64,000 bases of DNA. Source: Amphiscolops sp. MND2022 (lineage: Eukaryota). The notes under the pieces are model-generated. The model had not been told where the DNA came from. It ran no database searches and saw nothing but the letters and a program-made list of their open reading frames with translations. The stretch covers positions 60,018,001 to 60,082,000 of the forward strand of contig OZ076409.1 in NCBI GenBank assembly GCA_964187785.1, in the 5' to 3' direction. Below are positions 36,750 to 49,396 of the stretch, in pieces. A program made the position numbers and the translations under genes. Every line of letters starts with the position of its first letter. The first letter of the stretch is position 1.

Positions 36750-39700
36750 GAAAGATTTTTCATCCTTTATTATATTTGGTAGTTCCGTTCTCGGTTTTTT
36801 ACCGTGGTGTAATTCAAATAGCGTTTTTTCAACCCCTTATGTATTGTAAATCGAAATAATTTCAGTGCTCAGCTCATGCTTTCGGTTAAATTGTTACCGT
36901 CTTCCATATTTGCCATATTTTCTACTGTACCGTTACCGGTATGTTTTCGTGGTGGGCAGTTTTGAATTTCTATTTTCCGAGATTTGCAAAATTCTTTGTG
37001 TTCGGACGATATAAATTTGTCAGATTGTATTCTCTCGGGAATTCCGTATAAATTGAAGTGGTTTGTCAGAAAATTTATAACTTCTTTTGTTTCAGCTGTT
37101 TTGCAAAATTTCGCTGTCGGGTATTTACTCAACTGATCTATTGCAAGTATTATTTGAGGTTCTCTGTTCAATTTTTTTGTGTAGGTTTCGACGGTGCTAA
37201 TATCAGCCTGCCCGGATGTATTATCGTTTGCGATGAGTTTGTTCACGTGAGTCTTGTTCTGGAATGTTCTGTTTGTTCAAGATTGGTTCTTCTTTTGCTC
37301 AATTTCATTTCGGTTCCGCTTTTGTGCCTTTTCGGTTTCTTCTGTTCTTAAATTTGATTGGAAGTCGAATAGAGCCTTTTTTGCAATCAATTCGGAGTGC
37401 TCGGCTACAATGTTGATTACGTATTCTTCGTCGTATTTGTTTTCTATCGCAGCTCCCCTACCGAATTTCTGCTGCAAAAATTTGTAACTTTTAGGTTGCT
37501 GCCGGCGATATGTTGAACTGGAATATCAAAATGTGCCAATCTGTCCAACCACCGTGTAAGTCTTGCGCTATAATATTGGTTGCTTCGGTTACTCTTTATC
37601 AATGGTTCTAATGCTTGATGATCTGTGTACAGGTGTACTCTCTTTCCGTAAAACTAGAAATCGGAAATTTTCCAAACCCCAAACTACGGCTAGTAATTTC
37701 AGTTCACCGATGGAAGCTTTCTTTTTGGTATCACTCAGATATCTGCTATCTGTTTTATGTCTCCGTTGTCTTGTTTTCGCCAAAGTGTGACTCCAAGTCC
37801 GGTTTTACTTGCGTCTGTTGTGACCAAATTTTCTTTGTCCTTAGCGTAGTGTCGCAGACGTGGTTTTTTGTTTATCATCCGTTTTATTTGTATAAAGTCT
37901 TTTTCTTGTTCCTTTTCCCATTTCCATGGTTCATTCTTTTTCAATAATTTTCGAAGTTGTTTGCGAGAGCTTCGGTAGGATTTTTTCTAAATATTGTGTT
38001 GCCCCGAGGAATAATTTAAATTCCTTTGTGTTGTTCGGCGATTTCATTTTCAGTATTGCCACCATTTTTTCTTCATTCGGTTTTATTTCGTTCTCATCAA
38101 TTTCGTGCCCCAACCACTTTGTTTGTTTCATAACGAATTCCGACTTTCGTTTACTTGCTCGATATCCGACTTTTTCTAACTTGTTTAGAACATCAAACAA
38201 GTTTTTCTCGTGTTCTTCTCCATCTCCGCGTGTTACAACCATTATGTCTCCTAACCATCCATGTGTGCAACATTCTAATGTTCGGTCTATTTTTTCTTGA
38301 AATATTGTGGGTAAGTCGGCCAATCCGTAAACCCCTTTCTAAATTGGTAGTATCAACTGAATTTTGCCCCGGTGATTGCGAATAGGCATTGTCGACTTGT
38401 TTCTTTTGATAGCTTCATTTGTCCGTAGGCATAATCTAGATCAATTTTTGAAATGAACAAACGAGCTGTTCGGTCTCGGGTAATTTCTACCGATTTTTTA
38501 TTTAATAATTCCTCCATATTCGGCATATGTGGTCTCCGCTCTATACAGCTGTCGTTGAGTTTTCGGGAGTCAAGTTCTATTTTCACCGATTTATCTTTTT
38601 TACTGTTATTACCACCGGTGACACAAAGCAGACCTCATCCCCATTATTCACCTTTTCGAGTTGTCCGGCTTTTTTACTTTCTCCAACTCTCTCCCTACGT
38701 CTTCTTGTATATGTAGCTGGATGGGTCTGGCTTTTTGTAATACCGAGTAATGTCCGAATTTTAATTGTATGTTTGTTTCGGTGTCTTTTGTTGTTCGAAT
38801 TTTCAGGTTGTTGCAAAATCGGCACGATCGGGTTCCGGTAGATCTCGTTTTTGGTCTGAAACCGAATTTTTCTATTCTTTGTATCGGTTCTTTTTTGATC
38901 AGTTGTTTTTCTTTTGTTAAAATCCAAGCTTCGGGCATAGTGTTTTTTTCTGTTCTTTTTCTCATTTGTATGCTGCTTTATAACTTCAATTGCTTTGTTC
39001 ATTTCGGAGCTTTTCTCTTTCATCATCTTGTCCTGTAGTTTATTATCGGTGATTGTTGTCATATTTTTGAAATCAATAGTTCTTCGGCTGATATAGCGTT
39101 GAAAATGCATTCTTTATCATTTCGAATAATCTTCTCCAGAATTCTTCCGGTGTCTCGTTTTCCGATTGTTTGGCCCAAAAATTTTCTCCCATTGTTATGG
39201 TATGTGTTACGCTTCGGTAGATAGTGTTCGGTATATAACCGAATTAGGTCTTTTATTTTTATACTATCCGGTTCCGTTTTATATTCGGCTCGAACTATTT
39301 GATAGAGGGCTTTCGGTCCTACTTCCTAGATAAAATCTTCTTGGACGGCCGTTTCTTTTCCGGTCCATTCGGTATCCGTAATATTTTATCCCTTCAATAG
39401 TGGTGTGATGTCGATTTTATATTCACGTTTGGTAAACTGCCGGAATCTTTCTAACCACTGTCTCGGTGTAAATAATGGGTTTCCGTCTGATGCTTTCGCT
39501 TCTAGGTTCGGTACAATGTTTTTCTCTGTCATAGTTCCGATTTAAGCAATTTCGGTTTGTTCATAAAGTTGCTGATTGCGCCATGTTGTATTCTAGACTT
39601 GTAAGAAGACAAAACAGTTTTCTAAAATAACTTCTTTCTATATCAAATGTATTAGCATCGTAACAAAACATAAAGTGATATAATAAAGTTTTATATCAAA

Positions 39701-39803
39701 TGTCTATTGTCTATTGTTTGTAAAATGGCAGGTAATTGTCTATGAACGAAACTCGGTAGAGGTTAAATGTCTAGTCCGGTATTTTCAGTTGAACCGTATA
39801 ACA
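36750..39803 (-). mobile_element. Decayed, internally deleted Ty3/Gypsy LTR retrotransposon (5' LTR, PBS, gag, RT, RNase H and integrase remnants)
   Basis: Minus-strand fragments: gag MTEKNIVPNL..RQWLERFRQF from 39532; RT IDLDYAYGQ..LPTIFQEKID..WLGDIMVV; RNase H VTTDASKTGLG and ELKLLAVVWGLENF; integrase ILAIDQLSKY..GIPERIQSD..GNGTVE. Many stops and frameshifts. No 3' LTR seen. Confidence 0.9.
39584..39803 (-). repeat. 5' LTR (~220 bp) of the decayed Gypsy element
   Basis: Minus strand TGTTATA...TACAACA with terminal inverted repeat, immediately followed by PBS-like TGGCGCAATCAGCA (39583-39570). Confidence 0.7.
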
Positions 39804-40849
39804 CACTTTTTTGAGAGTAAACGTTTCTTTGGGAATTGTGACATTTCAGAATTTTCATGAAAACTTTCTTTTAGCATTTCTGAAAAATAAAGTGAAACTT
39901 TTCAATGCTCTCAAAGTCACTCCCTTCTAGTTTTCGCCACTGTGTTATATTGAGAATTATTTAAAAACAGTTTCTCAGAGCTTTGAAGTACTTTGGGCCA
40001 GGCGCCTACTTATACCGTCTCGGCTTGTTATACTTGATAAAATTGTTGCATCGTTGTTGCAATTCAGTGCTGTTTCCGACGCCCAAGTCCAATAACATTA
40101 CGTTGGTCTGGCTAACTTACTGCCTGCGCATTACTTGTTGTAACCTCAGACAGGAAAGTTCGCAATAAAACGACTGCAAAACAAAAGTACTAATTTTGGG
40201 CAATCAGCCTCAAATGACTGTCTTTAAGTCCTGGACTAAAATGAGGTTCTATTACTTGTTCCCGGTTGTATCAGCGTCCTGAGGTAGGTCAATTTTCGGA
40301 GCTATAGCTACAACTAGTAATTTAATATTGCTCGCAATTTTAGGTTGTATCGTTGTTTCTGCCACACTACTTTTTTGATTCAAGTTTTTTATATGGATTC
40401 ATAACAAAGGTTTTATCCAATCGAAATTGATCTGAAGATCTTACAGTCTCTATTTGAATCTTTTGGCAAGTTTTGCATGCTAGTTTTTCTTTACAAAACT
40501 TTGAAATTTCTTTACAAAGCTCGAAGATGGAGCGGCTGTCTGTACTTCTTCAACGTTCCGTTTTATATCCGGAAATCGTTCCCGTTTTGCCAATTTTCTC
40601 ATCTGTTTTCTGACGTCAAAATTTCTTGAGAAGTGTTGTTCTCTATAATCGTTTTCAGGGCGTTTCCGTTTTGACTTGCCTCCCGCAAGGAAATGACTTC
40701 TTTTTTGTATTATTTCGTGAGTTTTAGTTTGCGCTTTTCCTGAGAAAAGCGTCGACTAGTGATGGCTTCACGTCAGTGTTTTGTTTTCGATACACCTGGA
40801 CGGTCAAAATTAGTTCTTCTAAAAATTCTACTTCATTTGTAGCAAAGTC

Positions 40850-42220
40850 ATTTCGATCAATAATACTGAAGGGCTCACGAAACAGCCTGTTGCTCTGTAG
40901 TGGTTACCTGTTATTTATATGTTCGCCACTTCATCTTCTAGGAAATATTGGGATTTGTCTACTTTTTTGTTTCATATTTATTCCTCTTTTTTCGAACTCC
41001 CCTCTACTGATAGGCTTTTGTTTCCGTGTTTTTATGAAAAAAATTTTCGACTTACTTTTTACACTGTAAAATGTTTTTTTTCCGTATCGTTCAGTTTCAA
41101 GATATGTGTGGTAGGTGATATTGTCGTTGTGAGAGTGTGATCTTTTTCAGAGGCTTTGCTTCCAATTCATTTACATCAAGGTCGATGTTTTGTCTGAGTG
41201 ATTAGTAGCGGTACTTCGATTATCTCTTTGTTGGCTTCCTCATTTGCTCTTCTTTGTCACGTATATTCAAGGCTGTTATTGTTTACATTATTTTGGAAGG
41301 TTTTATATTCTTCCATTTTGGAAATAGTTAACTGAACATTGGAGATTCGAGTATTCACCGATCCGCTGCTCTAATGAATTTGATTCTGACCTTGTAAGCC
41401 AATAGCGTTGCGTTGAAGAATTCTTGCTATAGTTTGTTATCATCTTTGCTTTGTCTTTTGTGATACTACGAATTGTGTTTTGTTCATTGAAGAGGTTGTT
41501 TCTTCGATGTTACGCATCCTTTAATCTAACCTGCACAAGCTTTCCTGGTGTGCTCATCTCCATTACTTTCTGCATTGGGCTATTTTATTTGGACAGTCGT
41601 GTTGTCCAACTAAGTGCGTTGCATTGATCACATCCGTTATTTTTATGTTTTGTTTCTGGGTCTTCCTATTGTTTTTTCGGTTCTCGTTTTGTAGTGTACG
41701 TAATCGAATCTTTTCCATTGTTTGAATTGTTCGAATTGTATATTCGATCTAACATGGTTCATTCAGCAGAGCTGTTTCATTTGACATTTTGCTTTCTCTG
41801 ATCTTCTTAATCAATTCGTTGTCTCCAGTTGCCTGTTTAATGCAGAACTTTAAAAGCTACTGAATTTCACCCTTTTTCGCTACTTGTAGTATTCTTGTCC
41901 ATACGTGTTCCGGCGTCTCGTTTGTTTCTTTTATGATTATCAAGAAAGCAGCTTTGCTATGGAATTTGTTTCGTTCCGTTATGCAGTGAAGACGTAAGAG
42001 CGAGTTTGCTGATTTGTGTTCTATCGATTTGGGTTGTTGTCTGTTTCACTTTTTGGCTTTTGCGTTACCGCTCCTTCGACCAGTGTGCACTTTTTCGTTG
42101 TTTTTTGTCTGTCGGTGTTCAAGTTGATATCCTGTGACTTCTTTTTATATTGGATCAATCGCCGCCACCATAACTTCGCCTCCTGTATAACCTATTCCCT
42201 AAGATTGGTAATGTAAATAT
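40850..42220 (-). pseudogene. Heavily decayed gag(-protease) remnant of another Gypsy-like element
   Basis: Minus strand ~41980-41860 reads TERNKFHSKAAFLIIIKETNETPEHVWTRILQVAKK, similar to the gag NETPEEFWRRL segment of the 39.1-39.2 kb copy. Cys/His knuckle remnants near 41640-41530. Strong strand purine bias. Confidence 0.55.
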
Positions 42221-42229
42221 CGGATGTGC

Positions 42230-42697
42230 TTTTAGTCGGCGCTTTTGTGAAATAAAAGAATCCGACAATTCCAATCACGGTTTCTAGTCGACTCTTCTCT
42301 TAAGAAAAAAGGCAAATATGATCATGGATTTTCGTCTGTGTTTTTCTTCGATACACTTGAAGTGACCACAATTGTTCTACCAAAAGTTCTACAAAATTTT
42401 AAGAAGACGCCAAATTGAACCATTTCAAAGTTGGTCTAGCGAACTGAGCCAAAAAAGTTTCTTTGTTTTTCCCGCGTAACATACAATACCGGACGAGACT
42501 AAAGGGTCCTCTTTAATTTTTTTTTCGAAATTGCGAGACTTTTTTTGGCGTTGTTTTGGAGTATTGCGACAGAATGGATGTTGAAAACTTTCAAAGGGTC
42601 CCCCTCTCATTTTTTTTCGTCATTGTGACACTTTGAGGTCATTTTGATATTTTTGAACCTTAGATACGGTGCCTGTTTGGGCCGGTCCCGGCTGGTT
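42230..42697 (+). mobile_element. Family-1 HINE-like element with doubled head
   Basis: TTTTAGTCGGCGCTTTT head, then a second TAGTCGACTCTTCTCTTAAGAAAA head; tail CTTAGATACGGTGCC..TTGGGCCGGTCCCGGCTGGTT. A further partial body follows to ~43050. Confidence 0.7.
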
Positions 42698-44370
42698 CTC
42701 TTTTGTTTTGCTTCAAGACAGACTCGAATGCGACGAAAATTTTGTTCAACTGAACGATCGCCTGGGAAGCGCATCTAAGTTATTGCAAATGGTCCTCCTT
42801 TTCGTTTTTTTAGCGTAACCTACAAAACCTGACAAGACTAAATAGTCCCTCTTTCGTTGTTTCGGCACTGTGAGGCTTTTTTTCGAATTTTTTCGTCTCC
42901 AAAGGCCCTCTTTCATTTTTTTCTGAATTTTTGCAACAAATTATATATTTAAATGTGTGCCCCTTTCACATTTTCGGCTCTATGAGACACTTTCATCTTT
43001 CGTCTGAAATAAAGTTTTTTCGACTTTTGCTTTCATTGCTTTTTGAGTTTGACATTTTAATTGTCTGACTGCGCCGCGTTTTATATCTACTCAAGGTAAA
43101 ATAGCAAGGTGCGGTAAGAAAGTATTCTTATCACTATGCAAGTTTTCCGTTAAGGGATAATAAATCTAACTGTACATGCATTCATTCGTGAACATAAGGA
43201 AACGGGGTATGAACTTTGGTGACATACACCACAAAAATAAAAGAAACGTAGTTTTTCTTTAGAGAACCAAATGATTCGCGAGCGGTCATATATTTGAAAC
43301 CTAAAAGGTTGTTCCCTAAAAAAGTTCCCTAAAAAGTTGCGAACGCTACATCACTTGCTGCATATCATAAAAACTGTCGTAACATGGGAAATTGGTAAAA
43401 ACCTGATTCTAGGTGTTTTTCTATATGAGCAATAAACTCGCATTTTGGTTACAACATAACTAATATTATACTGGAACGTGGATTATAGAACTGAAAAAGA
43501 TTAAAGCCTGAATGAAATTGCCGTCAAATTTTCTTACAAATTGTTACTCTCAATTTCGAGAGATGAAATTAACGGAATTAATCGCTTTCAAAGACACCAC
43601 AGAAGGCTCAGTTTTCAGCAAATTGCCTAGTGTGTGGATTTTTTCCACGTTAGCAATTAACGAAGATCTTCTTCTGTACTCTTCTGGAAACACTTTCCGG
43701 AGGATTGGCTTCCAATTAGGAACCCAGTCCCTGTTACATTCATGTTTTACATGTTTTTTTTTGCATGGGTATGATAAGTTTTTAGACGTCTGGGTCTTGA
43801 AATTCTAGAAAAAATTCAGATTGTCGGTAATATACGAGGCTTATATCTGATTAAAGTTTCTCTACAAAAAATTACATCTTGATTATGCAAAAAGTGCCTA
43901 AGAAGCCCGTTTGGCACTTCTAGCCACAAATGCGAAAAAAGTGCAGATCTCGAAAAAATTACGCCCAAAATTGAGCAATTTTAGAACTCAATCACTTTAG
44001 ATTATCGAAAAATTTGAGAAACTCTCAATCAATGTGCAGATTGAAAACGCGAAAATTTTGTAACAGAAAAAATTCATTAAACATTGTTCAGGCCCATTCT
44101 ATGAAGATACTGCGGAGCAAACGTACGATTAGAATGGCTGGTTACATAAAAACACTGTTTGAATTTTTTAATTTTTCCATAGTTCTGTACAGATATCAAA
44201 TAAATAACGTTCGGTCAGTGGGACCAGGAAAATTTATTTCTACCAGATAAAATTTCCCTCTTAAGAGAAAAATAAACTAAAGAGAACAAACTTTTGTGAT
44301 TTCTAGCGACAAAAATAAACACAACGCATGCTGTCACATTTTGCTAAAATTTTTCAGTATTCTTGCAAAC

Positions 44371-44935
44371 CTTGTCTAAATCCTTCAAGTTCTTTCGTTT
44401 TTCCCGATTCCTTTTATTTGGAACACCAGCGAATGTAGATTTTTCAGTCATTTTGCGAAAGTCATTTTCAACTTGCAAAAGAACTATTTTTATGACGTCA
44501 CGAAGCAGGTACCTGTCAATCACACTGGGTGATGATAAAGTGAGACCCGTGAACAAAGTGCACCCTGCTGTTTTCATTCATGGTGGTGGAGGGATTACAG
44601 TGATAAGAAAGGAAGAGGGATACAAGTAATGATGCAGAGTCGCAATTAAATGGCTCGTAAAACCTACTGATCTCCCTGCACAGCATCCACTCAATTAGCA
44701 AACAAGGGAATATGGAAAAATAAGGAAATATATTAGAACAAAAAATGGAAAAAGATCAAAAATGGATGCATTATTTGACTGCAAACAAAACTTTTGCGTT
44801 TACTTTTCCAAATGAATAAATCACTAATGCCCCAAAATTTATACATATAAAAAGAATAAAAGGCCCCAAAATACATACAAAGTGTGTTGCCAAATTAATG
44901 AATCTGTAAGGGTTTATGTCATCGTTCAACAAGCA
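44371..44935 (-). other. Possible short host-gene exons (unassigned)
   Basis: Minus strand tttgtgtttcag|CLLNDDINPYRFINLATHF|gtatgt (~44935-44879), and gacag|..YLLRDVIKIVLLQVENDFRKMTEKSTFAGVPNKRNREKRKNLKDLDK|gtttgc (~44512-44371). Splice-like ends in non-repetitive sequence, but no recognised domain. Confidence 0.25.
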
Positions 44936-45603
44936 CTGAAACACAAAATTTAGAAAAGACGTCATTTTTGACAGATAAAATTTAGCAATTTTTAATGGCG
45001 TCGCTCAGTTACATAAGTCCGAAAGTCTTTAAAATCCTGCAGGTGCCAATATACCTGGCCCTAATTCACAGACCCCGTAACAGATTATAAAAGATTATTT
45101 GCAAGTTATCATACACTTGTACACTATCAAATCTAAGATTTTAGCGTTTTTGAGTTGCGATAGCGGTTTTGTCGCAAACCAATTCTATTATTTCAATTTC
45201 ACTTTTGGATCAACTACGGTTCTTCAAAGTAGATTCCCAATGTCGCTGAATTAGCGGTCGGAATGAATCGATTGTCGCGTCAAAATCCTTCGATTATGTC
45301 CATTTTTTTCCAAAGCAATAAAGTTATGCCTCCGCAATTGAAAGATTAAGAGATTGCCGAACAACTTGAACGATCATTTTTCCTTAGCTTTCCCACGTGA
45401 CAAGCTTGACAGTCTCTAGTTCAAGATCTCAAAAAGTCTAATCCTCTCCGAAGCTCAACAAAATGCATGTACGGTTTTTAAACTGACATTTGGAAGAATT
45501 AATTGAGGAAAACACAATAAGATCTAACGCCTACGATCCAACATGCTAAATTGCAAATTTTACCTAAGAAATGGTGAAACTGTCAGACGTCTAAGATCTA
45601 ATC

Positions 45604-46535
45604 AACAAGCCGGGACCGGCCCAAGTCGGTGCCCCGCTAAATATTAAAAAAAAAACAATTTTCTCAAATATGTAAGGACACTATCTTTAAAACTTTTATC
45701 AATTTCTCAGTGCCAAAATATACACCAACGCATAAGACTCTGAAACCACTTTTACCCCCCCCCCCCAACTGGAAACAAAAAACCAAATTTCGAAAATATG
45801 TTTTTGGAAAAATCTCATTGTGATGAAAAAGTAGCTTTCAGTTCGCAAAAATACTTTTATTTACTCAAGCCGAAATCAGCTATAAAAGCGAAGGCGGGTA
45901 CACTTGTCCAAATGAAGGTTTCGGGAAAAACGACGCACAGGGCCGAAAAAAATGAAAAAAAAATCATTAAAAAGCTAACCAGTTCCACGGGATCAAAAAG
46001 TAACAAAAATTTCACCCTCAAGACTATGTAAACATTTTTCTTTTGGAGAACATATCAAAAAAACCAAAAAAAACTGTAAAAATTTCTTGAACTTTTGTCA
46101 ATTTTTTAACTTCGGTATGTCGCATACTGCCAAATAACTGAGATGGGGCCATCTATGCTCGTGAAACCTTTTGTTTATGCAAAAAATTGAGGGATGGAGT
46201 TCAGGTTTTGAAAAAAAAATCAGCAAAAAATCGTCGCATAGTGCCGAAAAAATTCTTAAGTGTGACCATTTGGACTCCCCCCAACTTCTGCAAACACGAA
46301 AAAACTTCTCGTTCAGTGCGAGATTGGAACCCACGTACCCTGCAGTTCAGACCTGGCCACCAGGACAGGAAATCCGCGTAAACACTATGCCAAGTGACAG
46401 CGAGCAGTTACGAACTTTACCAAAACTTAGAAACTTTTGTAGAACTATTTTGACTAAGTCAGGTGTATCGAAAAATACTGACGAAAGGCCACGTCTATAG
46501 TCGACTCTTATCTTCAGAAAAGCGCCAACTGAAAA
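45604..46535 (-). mobile_element. Family-1 HINE-like element (~930 bp) carrying a tRNA-like cassette
   Basis: Tail AACAAGCCGGGACCGGCCCAAGTCGGTGCC, head AGTCGACTCTTATCTTCAGAAAAGCGCCAACTGAAAA. Cassette at 46298-46400 is homologous to 14748-14840. Confidence 0.7.
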
Positions 46536-47307
46536 TCAAATAGAAGCATATCAAAACAAAAGAAAACAAAAGATCACTTGCCAGTAGGTCCTGAAGAGTT
46601 CAGTAAAAAACAGTTGTCAAGCTATCTCTTTTCTCTAAGATGCTACCCAGCGGAAGATTTAATTGACGACATTCAGCTGACTCGAGCGGTAAAACAGCAA
46701 TCAGCGGGTCATCAGCTTTGACGGAATTGGCAACCTACTTGGTTTTGGCAAATACTCCACATAAAACAGAATGGGATAAATGATGGGACTAATTCGTTAT
46801 ATCCGTGAATGCCAAGTGTTCCATCTAGGTCCGGAATGGACAGGGAGCAGAACAAGAACCACGAGAGGCAGCGTTGAGCAACAATTTTAACGCCGACAGC
46901 AGAGCGTAAACTTGTCAACTTTTTGTTCTTATCATTGGGACTACCTGGATGAAAAAACCTGACAGACAAGTTTCCGTTAATTGTGATAGCAACAGTCTTA
47001 CTGAGGGATAAACCAGATTGAAGAGGGAACTTTTGTTTTAAAAAAGGTCGCACGATGCCAAAAAATTGAAAATGGGACTTTAGTGTTGCATGTTATGCAG
47101 TAAAAAAAAACGAAAATCCTTTTTCATTCAGTTCCCTGGGTCAACAGGTACAATTTGAATTATGTAGAACTTTTGGTAGAACTATTTTGGTAACTTCATG
47201 TTTATCGAAAAAAAACTAACGAAACGCCATGACAATGGTTGCTCTTTTTAAAAAAAATTGCGGACTAAAAAGTAAGGGTTTTTTCATATAAAGACTCTTT
47301 AAGGGCC

Positions 47308-48978
47308 TTTTTAGTCGGCGCTTTTCTAGGGAAAAGTGCCCGGCTCTTAAGGTGGCTAGTTTTTAGTCAGCGCCTTTTCCTTTAAGGAAAAAAGCCCGAC
47401 TATTACAGTGGCTAGTTTTTTTTCTTTTTTTTCGTCAGACCACAGAGGTCACCGCGTATGTACCACTTTTTACAGAAACTACGAAACTGATAAGACTACT
47501 CAGGCCAAGTCAGGCCAATGGAAACTTAGTGCAAAGGGTCCCCCCTTTCGCTTTAAATCTTTTTTACGTAACCTACAAAACCGGAAGAGACCAAAGGGTC
47601 CCCCTTTCAATTTGTTTTCGGCACTGTGCCGAAATTTTTTTCGAAAATTTTTTAAGGTCTCAAAAGAGTCCCCCCTTCGAGTTTTTTGATATTTTGCAAC
47701 AGAATGTATGTTAATGAATCCCAAAGGGCCAAAGGGTCCCCTTTTCATTTTTTGGCACTATGCGACATTTTCGAAGTTTTTTTTCAAAAAAAATTTTTCA
47801 AAAAAAATTTTCAAATTTTATTTTGTTCCCAGTCGGGAAACAGTGATTTTCCAGTCATATCGAGCATAAAAGGCACACTTTGGGTGTCTCGAAAGTGTTT
47901 TCAAAGCTTTTCATGATTACGTCCTGAGCATATTTAGAAAACTTTGCGCTTCTTGAGCCTTAGATATAGCGCCGACTTTAGACGTTCCCGTCTTGTTTTT
48001 AGTCGGCGCCTTTTCCCTTAAGGAAAAAAGCCCGACTCTTACAGTGAGTAGTTTTTTTTTGTTTTTTTCAGTTGACAATCTCACTCTGAGTGGTCCACTT
48101 TTCTTACAATTTGTTCATCTTTCATATTTGTTCATCTTCCATCTTCGACCCAGCCGGAGTGCGTGGGTTCGAGTCTCGCACTAAACCATAAATTTTTTAA
48201 TGCTTCCAAAAGTACAGGTGAGACCAAAGTGCCCCCCCCTTTGGGTTTTTTTCGGCACTATGCGACTTTTTTCGAAAATTTTTGAAATTTATCAAAGGGT
48301 ACCCCCTTGCATTTTTTTTTGAAATTTTCGGTTTGTAGAAAACGTTGAATGGGCCTGAATGGCCTTTTTTTTGAGTTTTCGGCATTTTGCGACTTAAAAA
48401 ATACTTTTTTTCGAAAAAAAATTTCAAAAATAATTTTTTTGAAAATTTTTTTTCCAAATTTTCACAATAGTTGTTCCTTGAATATTTTTGAGCCTAAGAT
48501 ATGGCGCCGACTTGGGACGTTCCCGTCTTGTTTTTATTTCGTCAGACTACAATCTCACTCTGATTGGGCCACTTTTCTTACGATCGAAACTACTAAAACT
48601 ACTACCATAAGGCCAAGTCCGGTCAGCGGAAATTAGTGCAAAAGGGTCCCCCCTTTCATTTTTTACTATTTTAACGTAACCTACAAAACCGGACGAGACT
48701 AAAGGGTCCCCCCTTTCGATTTTATTTCGGCAATGTGCGACTTTTTTTCGAAAATGTTTTAATGTCTCAAAAGAGTCCCCCTTTCGAGTTTTTTGATATT
48801 TTGCAACAGAGTATATGTTAATAAAGCCCAAAGGGTCCCCCCGATTACATTTTTCGGCACTATGCGACATTTTCTGAAAGAAAAAAATTCAAAAATTTCA
48901 GGTTTTTTTTCATAAAAAAGTCTTTTGCGCTTTTTGAGCCTTAGATATAGCGCCGACTTTAGACGTTCCCGTCTTGTT
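47308..48978 (+). mobile_element. Nested cluster of three family-1 HINE-like elements
   Basis: Heads at 47308, 47361 and 47998; tails ending 47997, 48532 and 48978. The outer head (47308-47360) joined to the headless body (48533-48978) reconstitutes the solo element at 7995-8503. Confidence 0.85.
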
Positions 48979-49182
48979 GGGTATTAGATCGTCAGCGGAC
49001 GTTTTGCTGTTTTTAAGTTTTGGGTGTAGAGTCTACGTATGTATGTAGGGTTTAAAAATTTGACTGATTGTGACATGAGTTCATCTAAAGTCGGGGAGAG
49101 TTTTTTAACTTTTAAATGCACAATGGTGACGTGCCAATACTTGACCAGCAGCATGTTCTGACAGGTTTGAAGGCTTAGTTAA

Positions 49183-49396
49183 TGTGGTAGGTGCTAGAAA
49201 ACTAACATTACATAACCTAAAGCTTATGTGAGAAAATCAATAGTGTGAAATACTTTATTACGTAACATAGTAACAACCTGCCAAATTATGCCAAAGTGGC
49301 AAATTAACAACAATTGCCATAAATCAGAATACCGTTGAATTTACAGTTGCTATCATATTCTTCTTTACTTCCACTCCTGAGTCGTAGACGTTTACA
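49183..49396 (+). repeat. 5' LTR (214 bp)
   Basis: TGTGGTAGGTGC...GACGTTTACA; no difference from the 3' LTR found by eye. Confidence 0.97.

Noticed and set aside
46298..46400. Functional tRNA gene
   Set aside because: A/B-box-like motifs are present, but I could not build a complete acceptor and anticodon stem, and the sequence lies inside a repeat. Reported only as a tRNA-like cassette.
46712..47053. 113-aa minus-strand ORF as a gene
   Set aside because: It starts inside a repeat fragment, has no recognisable domain and no clear splice donor.
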